A stretch of 64,000 nt of DNA from Candidatus Saccharimonadales bacterium (lineage in GTDB: Bacteria > Patescibacteriota > Saccharimonadia > Saccharimonadales > 2-12-FULL-41-12): NCBI GenBank assembly GCA_035700225.1, contig DASSOT010000003.1, positions 111-64,110 on the forward strand. Direction: 5' to 3'. Every line of letters begins with the position of its first letter. Position 1 is the stretch's first letter. A program made the position numbers and the translations under genes. The notes under the pieces were generated by a model. It did not search any database. It was not told where the DNA came from and saw only the letters and a list, made by a program, of their open reading frames with translations. Positions 16,011 to 24,049 of the stretch are shown piece after piece.

Positions 16011-18545
16011 GTGAATCTGCCTAAAAATTATGAACCGGCGCAGTACGAAGAAGATATCTACGCGCTTTGGGAACAGTCCGGGAAATTCCAGCCGAAGCAA
16101 GGCGGGGAGAGCTTTTCCATAGTTATGCCGCCGCCCAACGCCAATGCGAACCTGCATATAGGCTATGAGCTTACCGCGGCGCTGGAAGACATAGTCATCC
16201 GCTACCAAAGGATGAAAGGGAAGTCCGCATTGCTTTTGCCCGGAGCCGACCATGCCGGTTTTGAGACCCAGTCGGTTTATGAGAAACACCTGGCCCGGGA
16301 AGGCAAGAGCCGTTTTGATTTCAGCAGGGAAGAGCTCTATGACCGGATATGGGAGTTCGTCCAGAGTAACCGCGATAAGTTCGAAAAACAGCTCAGAGCC
16401 ATGGGCGCCAGCTGTGACTGGAGCCGCTACACCTTCACCCTGGATGAAAAGATCGTTTCCCAAGCCTATGAAACCTTCAGAAAAATGTGGGACGAAGGGC
16501 TGATTTACAGGGGTGAAAGGCTGGTCAATTACTGCACTTACCACGGCACGGGCTTCGCCGATATCGAAGTAGCCTATAAGGATGTGCCCGGCAAACTTTG
16601 GTATATCCGCTATCCACTGACAGACGACAGCGGGGAAGTCGTAGTCGCAACTACCCGCCCGGAAACCATGCTTGGCGACGTGGCCGTAGCGGTCCATCCG
16701 GATGACAAGCGTTATAAGGACTTTGTCGGCAAAACTATCAGACTGCCGCTGACCCACAGGGAAATCCCGATACTTGCGGACAAGTTCGTAAAATCCGAGT
16801 TTGGCACCGGCGCGGTAAAGGTAACTCCGGCCCATGACCCGAACGACTTCGAGGTAGCGGGTAGGCACGACCTGCCTATGATGAGTGTCATCGGCTACGA
16901 CGGCAACATGAACCAGCACGTTCCGGAAAAATACCGTGGCCTGAGCGTCAAAGAAGCCAGGGAACAGGTAGTAGCGGATTTGGACGCACAGAGCTTTTTG
17001 GAAAAAGAAGAAGAACACCCGCACAGCGTAGGACATTGCTATAAGTGCGGAACGGTCATAGAACCTCTGCTGAAGGAACAATGGTTCGTCGACATGAAAC
17101 CTCTGGCCAAAGAGGCGATAAACGCGCTCGAGGCCGGCAAGATAGCCTTCTACCCGGACAACAAGAAAAAACAGCTTATAAATTACCTTGAGGGGCTCAG
17201 GGACTGGAATATCAGCAGACAGATTGCCTGGGGCATCCCGATACCGGCTTTTCAGAACATTGACGACCCGACGGACTGGATATTCGACGAGAGGGTAGGC
17301 GAGAAGACCATTACCATAGACGGCAAGACTTACCATCGCGACCCGGACACGTTCGACACCTGGTTTTCCAGCTCAAGCTGGCCTTACTCCACCCTGGGCG
17401 GCCCCGGTGAAGATGACTTTGAAAAGTTCTACCCGACCAGCCTGATGGAAACGGGCGGCGAGATACTCTACCCGTGGGTCAGCAGGATGATAATGCTCGG
17501 GCTTTACCGGACAGGCGACGTTCCTTTCCGCGAAGTATATATCCACGGTTACGTCATGGCCGAGGACGGCGCCAAGATGAGCAAGTCCCTGGGCAATGTC
17601 GTAGACCCCATGCCGGTCATTGAAAAATACGGCTCCGATGCGCTTAGGATGGGTATCATATCCGGCCGTTCGCCGGCGGTGAACAGGGGTTATGACCCCC
17701 GGCGCGTCGAGGAAGCGCGCAACTTCTGCAACAAGCTTTGGAACATAGCGCGCTACATAGAAAGTGTGCCGGCAGACCAAAAATCAGAAAAAGCCATAGC
17801 CGATGATTGGATACTGGGCAGGTTGTCCTCAGCAGTAAGTTCCATAGAATCATGCCTACAGGACTACCGCTTCAACGAAGCTTACGAACTGCTTTACCAC
17901 TTCGTCTGGGACGATTTAGCCGATTGGTATATCGAAGCTTCCAAACAGGCCCCGAACCCACAGATGCTTAACCGTATACTTTCTTCCGTACTTAAACTGA
18001 CGCACCCGTTCGCGCCCTTTCTGACCGAAGTTATCTGGCAGACGATGAATCCGGATGATGACACGATGGTCATAAGCGAGCAGTGGCCAACTGCCCCGGA
18101 TTTCAACGCGAAATCCGCCGGCGAATTTGAAAAGGTAAAGACGATAATCAGCGAAATCCGCCAGCTAAAAACCCTGCTCAATCTGCAGGGCGGGGAACTG
18201 CGGTTCGAAGACTCTGATACCGTTTTCAACAACGCCGAGATAATCCGGCGCCTGTGCAAGCTGGAGTCCGTTTCCTCGGTAAAGACAGGCAAGGGGATAC
18301 GGCTTACCCAGACAAAAGAGAAATGCTGGCTGGACATCGGCTCGCAATCCGCGGATGCTCTCAAAGACTCACTGCAAAACAGGGAAGAGCAACTGCAAAA
18401 ATCCATAGACCACTTAAGCGAGCGCTTGGACAACCCCGGCTATGTCAAGAACGCCCCGAAAAAGCTCATAGATGAAACTAAGGCTCAACTGGAAGAAACC
18501 ATCAGCGAACAGGTAAAGATAAAGCAGTTGATAACCCGCCTATAG
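16011..18545 (+). CDS. valS: valyl-tRNA synthetase
   Basis: 844 aa; class-I HIGH (PNANANLHIGY) and KMSKS (KMSKSLGN) motifs, editing domain, and a C-terminal coiled-coil typical of ValRS. Confidence 0.9.
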   Translation: MNLPKNYEPAQYEEDIYALWEQSGKFQPKQGGESFSIVMPPPNANANLHIGYELTAALEDIVIRYQRMKGKSALLLPGADHAGFETQSVYEKHLAREGKSRFDFSREELYDRIWEFVQSNRDKFEKQLRAMGASCDWSRYTFTLDEKIVSQAYETFRKMWDEGLIYRGERLVNYCTYHGTGFADIEVAYKDVPGKLWYIRYPLTDDSGEVVVATTRPETMLGDVAVAVHPDDKRYKDFVGKTIRLPLTHREIPILADKFVKSEFGTGAVKVTPAHDPNDFEVAGRHDLPMMSVIGYDGNMNQHVPEKYRGLSVKEAREQVVADLDAQSFLEKEEEHPHSVGHCYKCGTVIEPLLKEQWFVDMKPLAKEAINALEAGKIAFYPDNKKKQLINYLEGLRDWNISRQIAWGIPIPAFQNIDDPTDWIFDERVGEKTITIDGKTYHRDPDTFDTWFSSSSWPYSTLGGPGEDDFEKFYPTSLMETGGEILYPWVSRMIMLGLYRTGDVPFREVYIHGYVMAEDGAKMSKSLGNVVDPMPVIEKYGSDALRMGIISGRSPAVNRGYDPRRVEEARNFCNKLWNIARYIESVPADQKSEKAIADDWILGRLSSAVSSIESCLQDYRFNEAYELLYHFVWDDLADWYIEASKQAPNPQMLNRILSSVLKLTHPFAPFLTEVIWQTMNPDDDTMVISEQWPTAPDFNAKSAGEFEKVKTIISEIRQLKTLLNLQGGELRFEDSDTVFNNAEIIRRLCKLESVSSVKTGKGIRLTQTKEKCWLDIGSQSADALKDSLQNREEQLQKSIDHLSERLDNPGYVKNAPKKLIDETKAQLEETISEQVKIKQLITRL

Positions 18546-18552
18546 GTTGTAT

Positions 18553-18704
18553 GCCGCGGGTCCTGTCCTTGCTCCAAATGTATAGTTCTTGTTTGCTCCA
18601 GGCGGAGATTTTTGGGTCTGCTCGCCTCGACTCGCAAGAGCCCTTAAATCTCCTTGCAACCCCTGCGCAAAAAGAAATACATTTTTCGCAAGGCCACCCG
18701 CGGG
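18553..18704 (+). repeat. MITE/REP-like structured repeat, copy A, between convergent valS and the HTH-HAD gene
   Basis: About 152 bp homologous to 4372-4520 (inverted orientation). Terminal inverted repeats CCGCGGGT...ACCCGCGG and internal inverted repeat GGCGGAGATTTTT...AAATCTCC. Spurious ORFs 18540-18857 and 18551-18784 overlie it. Confidence 0.55.
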
Positions 18705-18845
18705 ATCAAAGCATAGGAGGTTTTTCGCTTCTTGAATCGGGAGAGTCGCAAACGTCATGGGCTGAACTGAAAGTTCAACCATAGAGAGCTCTTTCGAGGC
18801 AAGAAGCGAAAAAGCCCCGTCGCATGGGAGCCAGGACAGGACCCG
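18705..18845. repeat. second palindromic module of the composite element, closed by an outer 20-bp inverted repeat
   Basis: Long hairpin TTTTCGCTTCTTG...CAAGAAGCGAAAA with central GAACTGAAAGTTC. GGAGCCAGGACAGGACCCGC at about 18826-18845 is the reverse complement (19 of 20) of GCGGGTCCTGTCCTTGCTCC at about 18555-18574. Confidence 0.4.
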
Positions 18846-18858
18846 CAAGTATAGCAAC

Positions 18859-19746
18859 TTAGTATTCGAGGGCTTTTTTGACCCGTTCTACGGATTCGTC
18901 CGGGTGGTTATCGTCAAACCAAAGCACATGCCAGCCCTGTTTGGCCGCTTCCATCAGGTTCGGCCGTGAATCATCCACGAGCAGAAGCGCCTCTTTAGGC
19001 ACGCCGGCTTCTTTGGCGGCAACTTTGTAGATTTCCGGCTCCGGCTTGATAAAGCCCGTCTGGGAAGAGTCTATGATGATGTCGTAAGGTATGTCTGGAA
19101 GCAGGCTTTTGCTGAACATGGATTTTATCAGTCCGGGCATGTTGTTGCTGAGCAACCCTACACGGTAGTGTTGCTGAACCCATTTGATAAGCTCGATGGT
19201 TTCGTTTATCGGCTCGACCGCTTCCAGATAGAAAGCCTGCCAGTCCACGCCCGGAACAGAGAATTTCTCCGCCAGAAGCTCGTTGAAATCATGCACGGAT
19301 ATGTCACCCTTGCAGACCAGATCGTTGTACTGCCAGAAGGTCGTTTCTATCAATTCCATCGGCACGCCGGATTCTTCAGCGATAAGGCTGAACGTCCTGT
19401 GAAAGAAGCGGACCATACTGCCGTTGATGTCGAAATACACGAACTCAACACCGCTTTTCGAGCGTTTCTTGGCCTTTTGCGGGCCTGCGGCACCGGCCGG
19501 CGCCTGCTTGCCCAACAGGCTTTCCACGGACACGTTAAGCGCTTCTGCGATGGTCTGGATGGTAAATACCGAAGGAGCTTTGATGGCCCCGCGCTCTATC
19601 TTGGCCAGCGTAGAATAGCTCAGATTTGAAATCTGGCAGAGCTGTTGCTGGGTATAGCCGGCTGTCTTGCGCGCAGTCTGTATACGTTTAGCCAAACCCT
19701 TTTCCATATCGGCTGTTGCCGCCAAAGTGCTCACCCCCCTTAGCAA
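18859..19746 (-). CDS. XRE-family HTH domain fused to HAD-superfamily hydrolase
   Basis: N-terminus has a Cro/C1-type HTH (QQQLCQISNLSYSTLAKIERG). C-terminus has HAD motifs (LLSNNMPG...; LLLVDDSRPNLMEA). Confidence 0.6.
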   Translation of the reverse strand: MLRGVSTLAATADMEKGLAKRIQTARKTAGYTQQQLCQISNLSYSTLAKIERGAIKAPSVFTIQTIAEALNVSVESLLGKQAPAGAAGPQKAKKRSKSGVEFVYFDINGSMVRFFHRTFSLIAEESGVPMELIETTFWQYNDLVCKGDISVHDFNELLAEKFSVPGVDWQAFYLEAVEPINETIELIKWVQQHYRVGLLSNNMPGLIKSMFSKSLLPDIPYDIIIDSSQTGFIKPEPEIYKVAAKEAGVPKEALLLVDDSRPNLMEAAKQGWHVLWFDDNHPDESVERVKKALEY

Positions 19747-19798
19747 AATGTTATATACCCATATATTACCAGTAAGCCCCAGCTACTGCCAAGCGGTG

Positions 19799-20020
19799 TC
19801 AGCCTTCAATGGCGGAATTTATGAAGCTTATGACCGTCAGAAACAGGATAAAGATTATTACCGCCGTTGCCCCGGCTATCGTAAGGGACTGTTTCGTGTT
19901 ATTGCCGGTGTAGCGCATGGCCTTGTTATAGACCCAGGCCGATACGCCGGCGGCACCGAATAATGCTACTAGAAACGGTGACATAAGAGAATTATACATT
20001 TTAGTCAAACCCGCAGACAA
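19799..20020 (-). CDS. small two-helix membrane protein, hypothetical
   Basis: 73 aa with two hydrophobic segments and no other evidence. Confidence 0.3.
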   Translation of the reverse strand: MSAGLTKMYNSLMSPFLVALFGAAGVSAWVYNKAMRYTGNNTKQSLTIAGATAVIIFILFLTVISFINSAIEG

Positions 20021-20050
20021 ACCGGGCGGGCAAGTTATAATGCTTGTGAA

Positions 20051-21067
20051 GTGGACGCAAAAAAAATATTCAGAGGAATCGCGCTGTACCTGCTGGGAAC
20101 TTTCCTTTTCTTTGTGCTTTTTGGTTTCGCGTACTTCCTGGCCTTCACCCAGATGGCCGGTAATCCGGACAGGGTCAAACAGGCGCTTTATAACAGCGGG
20201 CTTTATGAAAAGGCCGGCCCGGTACTATACGATAATTTCCAGGAATCCGAGGGTAGCAAGGGGCCGGAACAAGACATACCGCTCAAAGACCCCATAGTCC
20301 GCCAGGCGGTGCTTTCCGCTTTCAGCCCGTCCTTCATCCAAAAAAGCGTAGAAAACGTCATAGACGGCACATACGGCTGGCTCAACGGTGACACCGCGCA
20401 ACCGGAATTCTCGATAAACCTCGCCGAAGCGCAGAAGAACTTTTCCCAGACTTTGGGCGACGAGATTACCGAGCGGCTGAAAAAACTACCGCGCTGTAGC
20501 GCCGAACAGGTGCAGAAAGCTAAAAAGACCGACCCGTTCTCCATAAGATGCCTGCCTCCGGGAGTTTCTATAAAATCATTGCGAAAACAGGTGGTCAAAG
20601 AGGCAGAGGGCGGCGACGTACTGGAAAAGAAAAAGATAACCGCCTCGGACCTGAAATCAAAGGACGGCGGAGGAACCTTCTCTGACTCCTCAGCCCCAAG
20701 CGCCTACCGAACAGCGCTGAAAGTGCCGTATATCCTGCTGGTTTTGGGCGTCCTTCTCGGGACGGGGCTTGTTTACGCCAGCAGTAGCAGAAAAAACGGG
20801 CTGAAAAGGCTTGGTAAGATATTGGCGATAGCGGCTGTCTTCGCATTATTCGTACCGATAGCATTCAATATACTGTTTAGCATTTTGCTAAAAGCCGATA
20901 CGGGAGATAATATTATCACTGACCTGGCCGTACCTGTCATCCGGGAGTTCAACAAAGCAGGAAGCAAGTTTTACTACATAACCGGGGCAGGGTACGCGCT
21001 ACTGGCGGTCGGAGCGTTCTATCTGGCTAAAAGACTGCCCGCAGAGGGAGATAAGAGGAAGAAATAA
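20051..21067 (+). CDS. membrane protein, hypothetical
   Basis: 338 aa; N-terminal TM (LYLLGTFLFFVLFGFAYFLAF), a soluble middle region, and two C-terminal TM helices. Confidence 0.45.
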   Translation: MDAKKIFRGIALYLLGTFLFFVLFGFAYFLAFTQMAGNPDRVKQALYNSGLYEKAGPVLYDNFQESEGSKGPEQDIPLKDPIVRQAVLSAFSPSFIQKSVENVIDGTYGWLNGDTAQPEFSINLAEAQKNFSQTLGDEITERLKKLPRCSAEQVQKAKKTDPFSIRCLPPGVSIKSLRKQVVKEAEGGDVLEKKKITASDLKSKDGGGTFSDSSAPSAYRTALKVPYILLVLGVLLGTGLVYASSSRKNGLKRLGKILAIAAVFALFVPIAFNILFSILLKADTGDNIITDLAVPVIREFNKAGSKFYYITGAGYALLAVGAFYLAKRLPAEGDKRKK

Positions 21068-21071
21068 ACTG

Positions 21072-22139
21072 ATGGAATACACACTGCAGAATGGACCTGA
21101 CGGCAAAGCTACGAGAGTAGTGATAGGCGGCTCCGCCTTTAATGAGCTGAAGAAACTGGCGGAAGGACATACCAAGATCGCGTTGATAACCGACAAACAA
21201 ACCGATAAGCACTGCTTCAAAAAGCTACATCCCTATCTGCCCACAGCGGAAAAGATAATCCTGCCGGACGGCGAAGCGATTAAGAGCCTGGCCCGCGTAG
21301 AAGATACACTCAAGCACCTACGGGAATCAGGATTTGACCGCAAGAGTCTGATAATAGGCTTGGGCGGAGGAGTGGTGAACGACCTGGCCGGGTTCTGCGC
21401 CAGCACTTACATGCGGGGTATTGATTGGGTGATGATTCCCAGTACGCTGACAGCGCAGGCTGACGCTTCCATCGGCGGAAAAACAGGTGTGAACCTGGGC
21501 GGTTACAAGAATATGGTCGGCAGTTTCTGGCCGTCCAGAGCCGTGCTGATAAATCCTGTCCTGCTTGAAACTTTACCCAAGGAGCATCTGATGAACGGAC
21601 TGGCTGAAATCATCAAGATGGGCTTCATCTACGACCCACAGATTCTCGAGCACGTAAGTCGGCTCGACCCTGCTAAACTTTTGGGCGACGATCTGGACAC
21701 GGCCTCGCGCCTGGCCGCCAGAGGGAAGATTGAGATAGTTAACACCGACCCTTATGAGGCCGGGGGGAGAAAACTGCTTAATTTCGGCCATACGGTGGGG
21801 CATGCGCTGGAGGCGATTTCAATGGACGGTGACAAGCCCCTGCTACACGGCGAAGCTATATCCATAGGCATGGCCGCCGAAACCAAACTGGCGGAGCTGG
21901 AAAGCGTCTGCGCGCCTGGTCTGAGCGCCAAGGTCAAACAAACGCTGAAGCGTTTCGGCCTGCCGGTCGCATACCCTCACGCATCGCTTGAAGACATACT
22001 CGGCAAGATAACTTCGGACAAGAAGAATGTCGGCGGCGCCATCCGCTGGACCTTGCCGGAAAACGAAGGCCGGGGCGTTTACGACCACGAGGCGGACGAA
22101 GAAAACATAAAGACGGCCATAGGCTCGATATTGTCTTGA
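21072..22139 (+). CDS. aroB: 3-dehydroquinate synthase
   Basis: GGGVVNDLAGF NAD-binding loop, metal-binding histidines (HTVGHALE...HGEAISIG) and DHQS-family length. Confidence 0.85.
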   Translation: MEYTLQNGPDGKATRVVIGGSAFNELKKLAEGHTKIALITDKQTDKHCFKKLHPYLPTAEKIILPDGEAIKSLARVEDTLKHLRESGFDRKSLIIGLGGGVVNDLAGFCASTYMRGIDWVMIPSTLTAQADASIGGKTGVNLGGYKNMVGSFWPSRAVLINPVLLETLPKEHLMNGLAEIIKMGFIYDPQILEHVSRLDPAKLLGDDLDTASRLAARGKIEIVNTDPYEAGGRKLLNFGHTVGHALEAISMDGDKPLLHGEAISIGMAAETKLAELESVCAPGLSAKVKQTLKRFGLPVAYPHASLEDILGKITSDKKNVGGAIRWTLPENEGRGVYDHEADEENIKTAIGSILS

Positions 22140-22148
22140 TGCCGGCTT

Positions 22149-23117
22149 TTATTTAAGCTCAAGCGATGCGGCTACCGGGAAAAGATAAGATTCTGCCTGG
22201 CTATCCAGAGATTTTTTGCTCGACGGGCTGATTGCCAGGGTAATCGCGTGGTCGCCATCCCAGAAATAAAGCGTCCTAGAGAAGATGTCCGGAGCCTCCA
22301 CGTCGACCTGCCTCCATGTCCTGCCGTTGATGTTTACCTTCAGATCATTTACTTTGACATCGCTCTTATTTGCGCCGAACAGGGCTATTATGCCGGCCAC
22401 GAAATCCTTGTCCGTAACCTTTTTGTAAAATTCCGTTTCTGATTTTGAGCCTTTCAGGCTTTCGGTTCCTACGGATACGTATGTGCGGTAGGGCAGTACC
22501 TGGCCGGAGTTCGGCGGACTTTCTAGGCCTATGTTCATGTTCTTTGATACCAGCCCTTCGAAATCCGAACTAAGCGGCAGGGATTTATCCTTCGTCCAGT
22601 CCGGCGGAGCCTTGACGGTAAAACCGAATTCAGTGTCAATTGTCTTCCAGTCGCCGGGTACTTCTATCGTCTTCTGCGCGATATCTTCTCCCGTAGCCTG
22701 CTCCGGCTGGTTCGGCACGGGCGTATTCTGCGCGGTCTTATCCTGCTTTTCGCCTTTGTTAAAGATAAAGAAATAGGCTCCGGCGCCTGCACCGACCAGA
22801 ACCAGTATTAATAAAATTGCCAGCAGGGGAGTTCTGCGGCGTTTGGGAGGCGGCATGTTAGGGTCGTATTTATCGTAAACATTCTGCTGGGAAAAAGCTT
22901 TGAGAGCTTTGTCGTGTTCGGAAGTGTTAAGAGGCTCGGGGTTTATAGATTGCGGCTGGTGGCCGGAAGGGCGCGGCGGAATCGGCTGAACAGGGGCAGG
23001 AGCCGCAGGCGGCAGGGTATTATCATCCGTATTAACCGGAGAAAATTGCGTGTTATTTTCCTCCGGGGCGCCGGCAGGATTTCCTCTTTGGCTTCGGTTC
23101 TTCCAGTCCTCATCCAT
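22149..23117 (-). CDS. bitopic membrane protein with Pro-rich cytoplasmic N-terminus, hypothetical
   Basis: 322 aa; P/Q-rich first 90 aa, a single TM (LLAILLILVLVGAGAGAYFFIF), then an extracytoplasmic beta-rich domain. Confidence 0.4.
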   Translation of the reverse strand: MDEDWKNRSQRGNPAGAPEENNTQFSPVNTDDNTLPPAAPAPVQPIPPRPSGHQPQSINPEPLNTSEHDKALKAFSQQNVYDKYDPNMPPPKRRRTPLLAILLILVLVGAGAGAYFFIFNKGEKQDKTAQNTPVPNQPEQATGEDIAQKTIEVPGDWKTIDTEFGFTVKAPPDWTKDKSLPLSSDFEGLVSKNMNIGLESPPNSGQVLPYRTYVSVGTESLKGSKSETEFYKKVTDKDFVAGIIALFGANKSDVKVNDLKVNINGRTWRQVDVEAPDIFSRTLYFWDGDHAITLAISPSSKKSLDSQAESYLFPVAASLELK

Positions 23118-23209
23118 AGATATGTCGAGTTTAGCATAAGCGGACTTGTCGTTCGAATCCTTATTTCACAATCCTTCATAGCTCCGCAGGAGCGGAGCGG
23201 CGAAGGATG

Positions 23210-23297
23210 GCGGAGAGAGAGGGATTCGAACCCTCGAAGACGTTGCCGCCTTACCGCTTTTCGAGAGCGGCCAGTTCAACCACTCCTGCATCTCTCC
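23210..23297 (-). tRNA. tRNA-Ser (anticodon CGA), class II with long variable arm
   Basis: Reverse complement reads GGAGAGATGCAGGAGTGGTTGAACTGG-CCGCT-CTCGAAA-AGCGG-...GGGTTCGAATCCC...CTCTCCGCCA. Anticodon stem CCGCT/AGCGG, loop CUCGAAA. CCA is encoded. Confidence 0.8.
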
Positions 23298-23358
23298 TTG
23301 CCACCATTATACTTGACTATAAGGTATTGATTATTTTATAAAAATGTGTTAAAATATC

Positions 23359-23778
23359 ATGATGTTTGAAAAACTCAGGCCAGATCCTGAAGGCGGGCCT
23401 ATATCTTCAACCGCCTTTAATCTGCTAAGCTCGTTAGGTTTTTATCATGAGGAAATCAGCGAACTGCAGGAACCTCCTACGCCGGAGCCACTTACGGCAA
23501 TAATCGGAGGCGTCCGCTGGGACTTTGAAGACAAGGACACTTATCTGGCAGTTTGCGAAGAGAATCCGGAACTTTCATGCATAGTACGCCTTGTACTGGA
23601 CGAAAGCGGAGACATAGAGAACGGGCACTGCTTCTACGATCAGCCGGACCTTATGGAAAAGATGGAAAAACTCGGGTTCGCAGTAGTGCCTGAAACTCTT
23701 GAAGAAGCCGAAATGAACCATCAATATTTCGCTCCGGCCGACGAATTTCGCGCCGGACAGGAAATCAACCTGAATTAG
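23359..23778 (+). CDS. acidic hypothetical protein
   Basis: 139-aa ORF between two tRNA-Ser genes with no motif recognized. Confidence 0.35.
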   Translation: MMFEKLRPDPEGGPISSTAFNLLSSLGFYHEEISELQEPPTPEPLTAIIGGVRWDFEDKDTYLAVCEENPELSCIVRLVLDESGDIENGHCFYDQPDLMEKMEKLGFAVVPETLEEAEMNHQYFAPADEFRAGQEINLN

Positions 23779-23799
23779 CCTGTTATAATCGTTATCCGA

Positions 23800-23889
23800 G
23801 GAGAGGTGTCCGAGCGGTTTAAGGAACTGGTCTTGAAAACCAGCAGGCCGGAAACGGTCTCGTGGGTTCGAATCCCACCCTCTCCGCCA
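23800..23889 (+). tRNA. tRNA-Ser (anticodon TGA), class II
   Basis: GGAGAGGTGTCCGAGCGG...CTGGT-CTTGAAA-ACCAG...GTGGGTTCGAATCCCACCCTCTCCGCCA. Perfect anticodon stem, long variable arm, CCA encoded. Confidence 0.85.
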
Positions 23890-23998
23890 TACAAAAATTC
23901 CTGCTGTTTTAGGCAGGTGTTTTTGTATCGTAGGATGATAGATTCGAACGGGAAGTCCAGTGGACTTCCCCGGCACTTTTGGAGATTCATCGAGAAAA

Positions 23999-24020
23999 GC
24001 GAATCCCACCCTCTCCGCCA
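23999..24020 (+). repeat. 22-nt direct repeat of the 3' end of tRNA-Ser(TGA); possible attachment-site scar or tRNA fragment
   Basis: GCGAATCCCACCCTCTCCGCCA repeats the T-loop-to-CCA segment of the tRNA at 23868-23889, about 110 bp downstream, followed by a weak terminator. Confidence 0.5.
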
Positions 24021-24049
24021 GAAACATGGCCGGTCTTTGAGGCCGGTTT

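Noticed and set aside
15897-17336. 479-aa ORF on the minus strand
   Set aside because: It lies entirely antisense within valS, which has unambiguous HIGH/KMSKS motifs. It is a shadow ORF of a GC-rich coding region.
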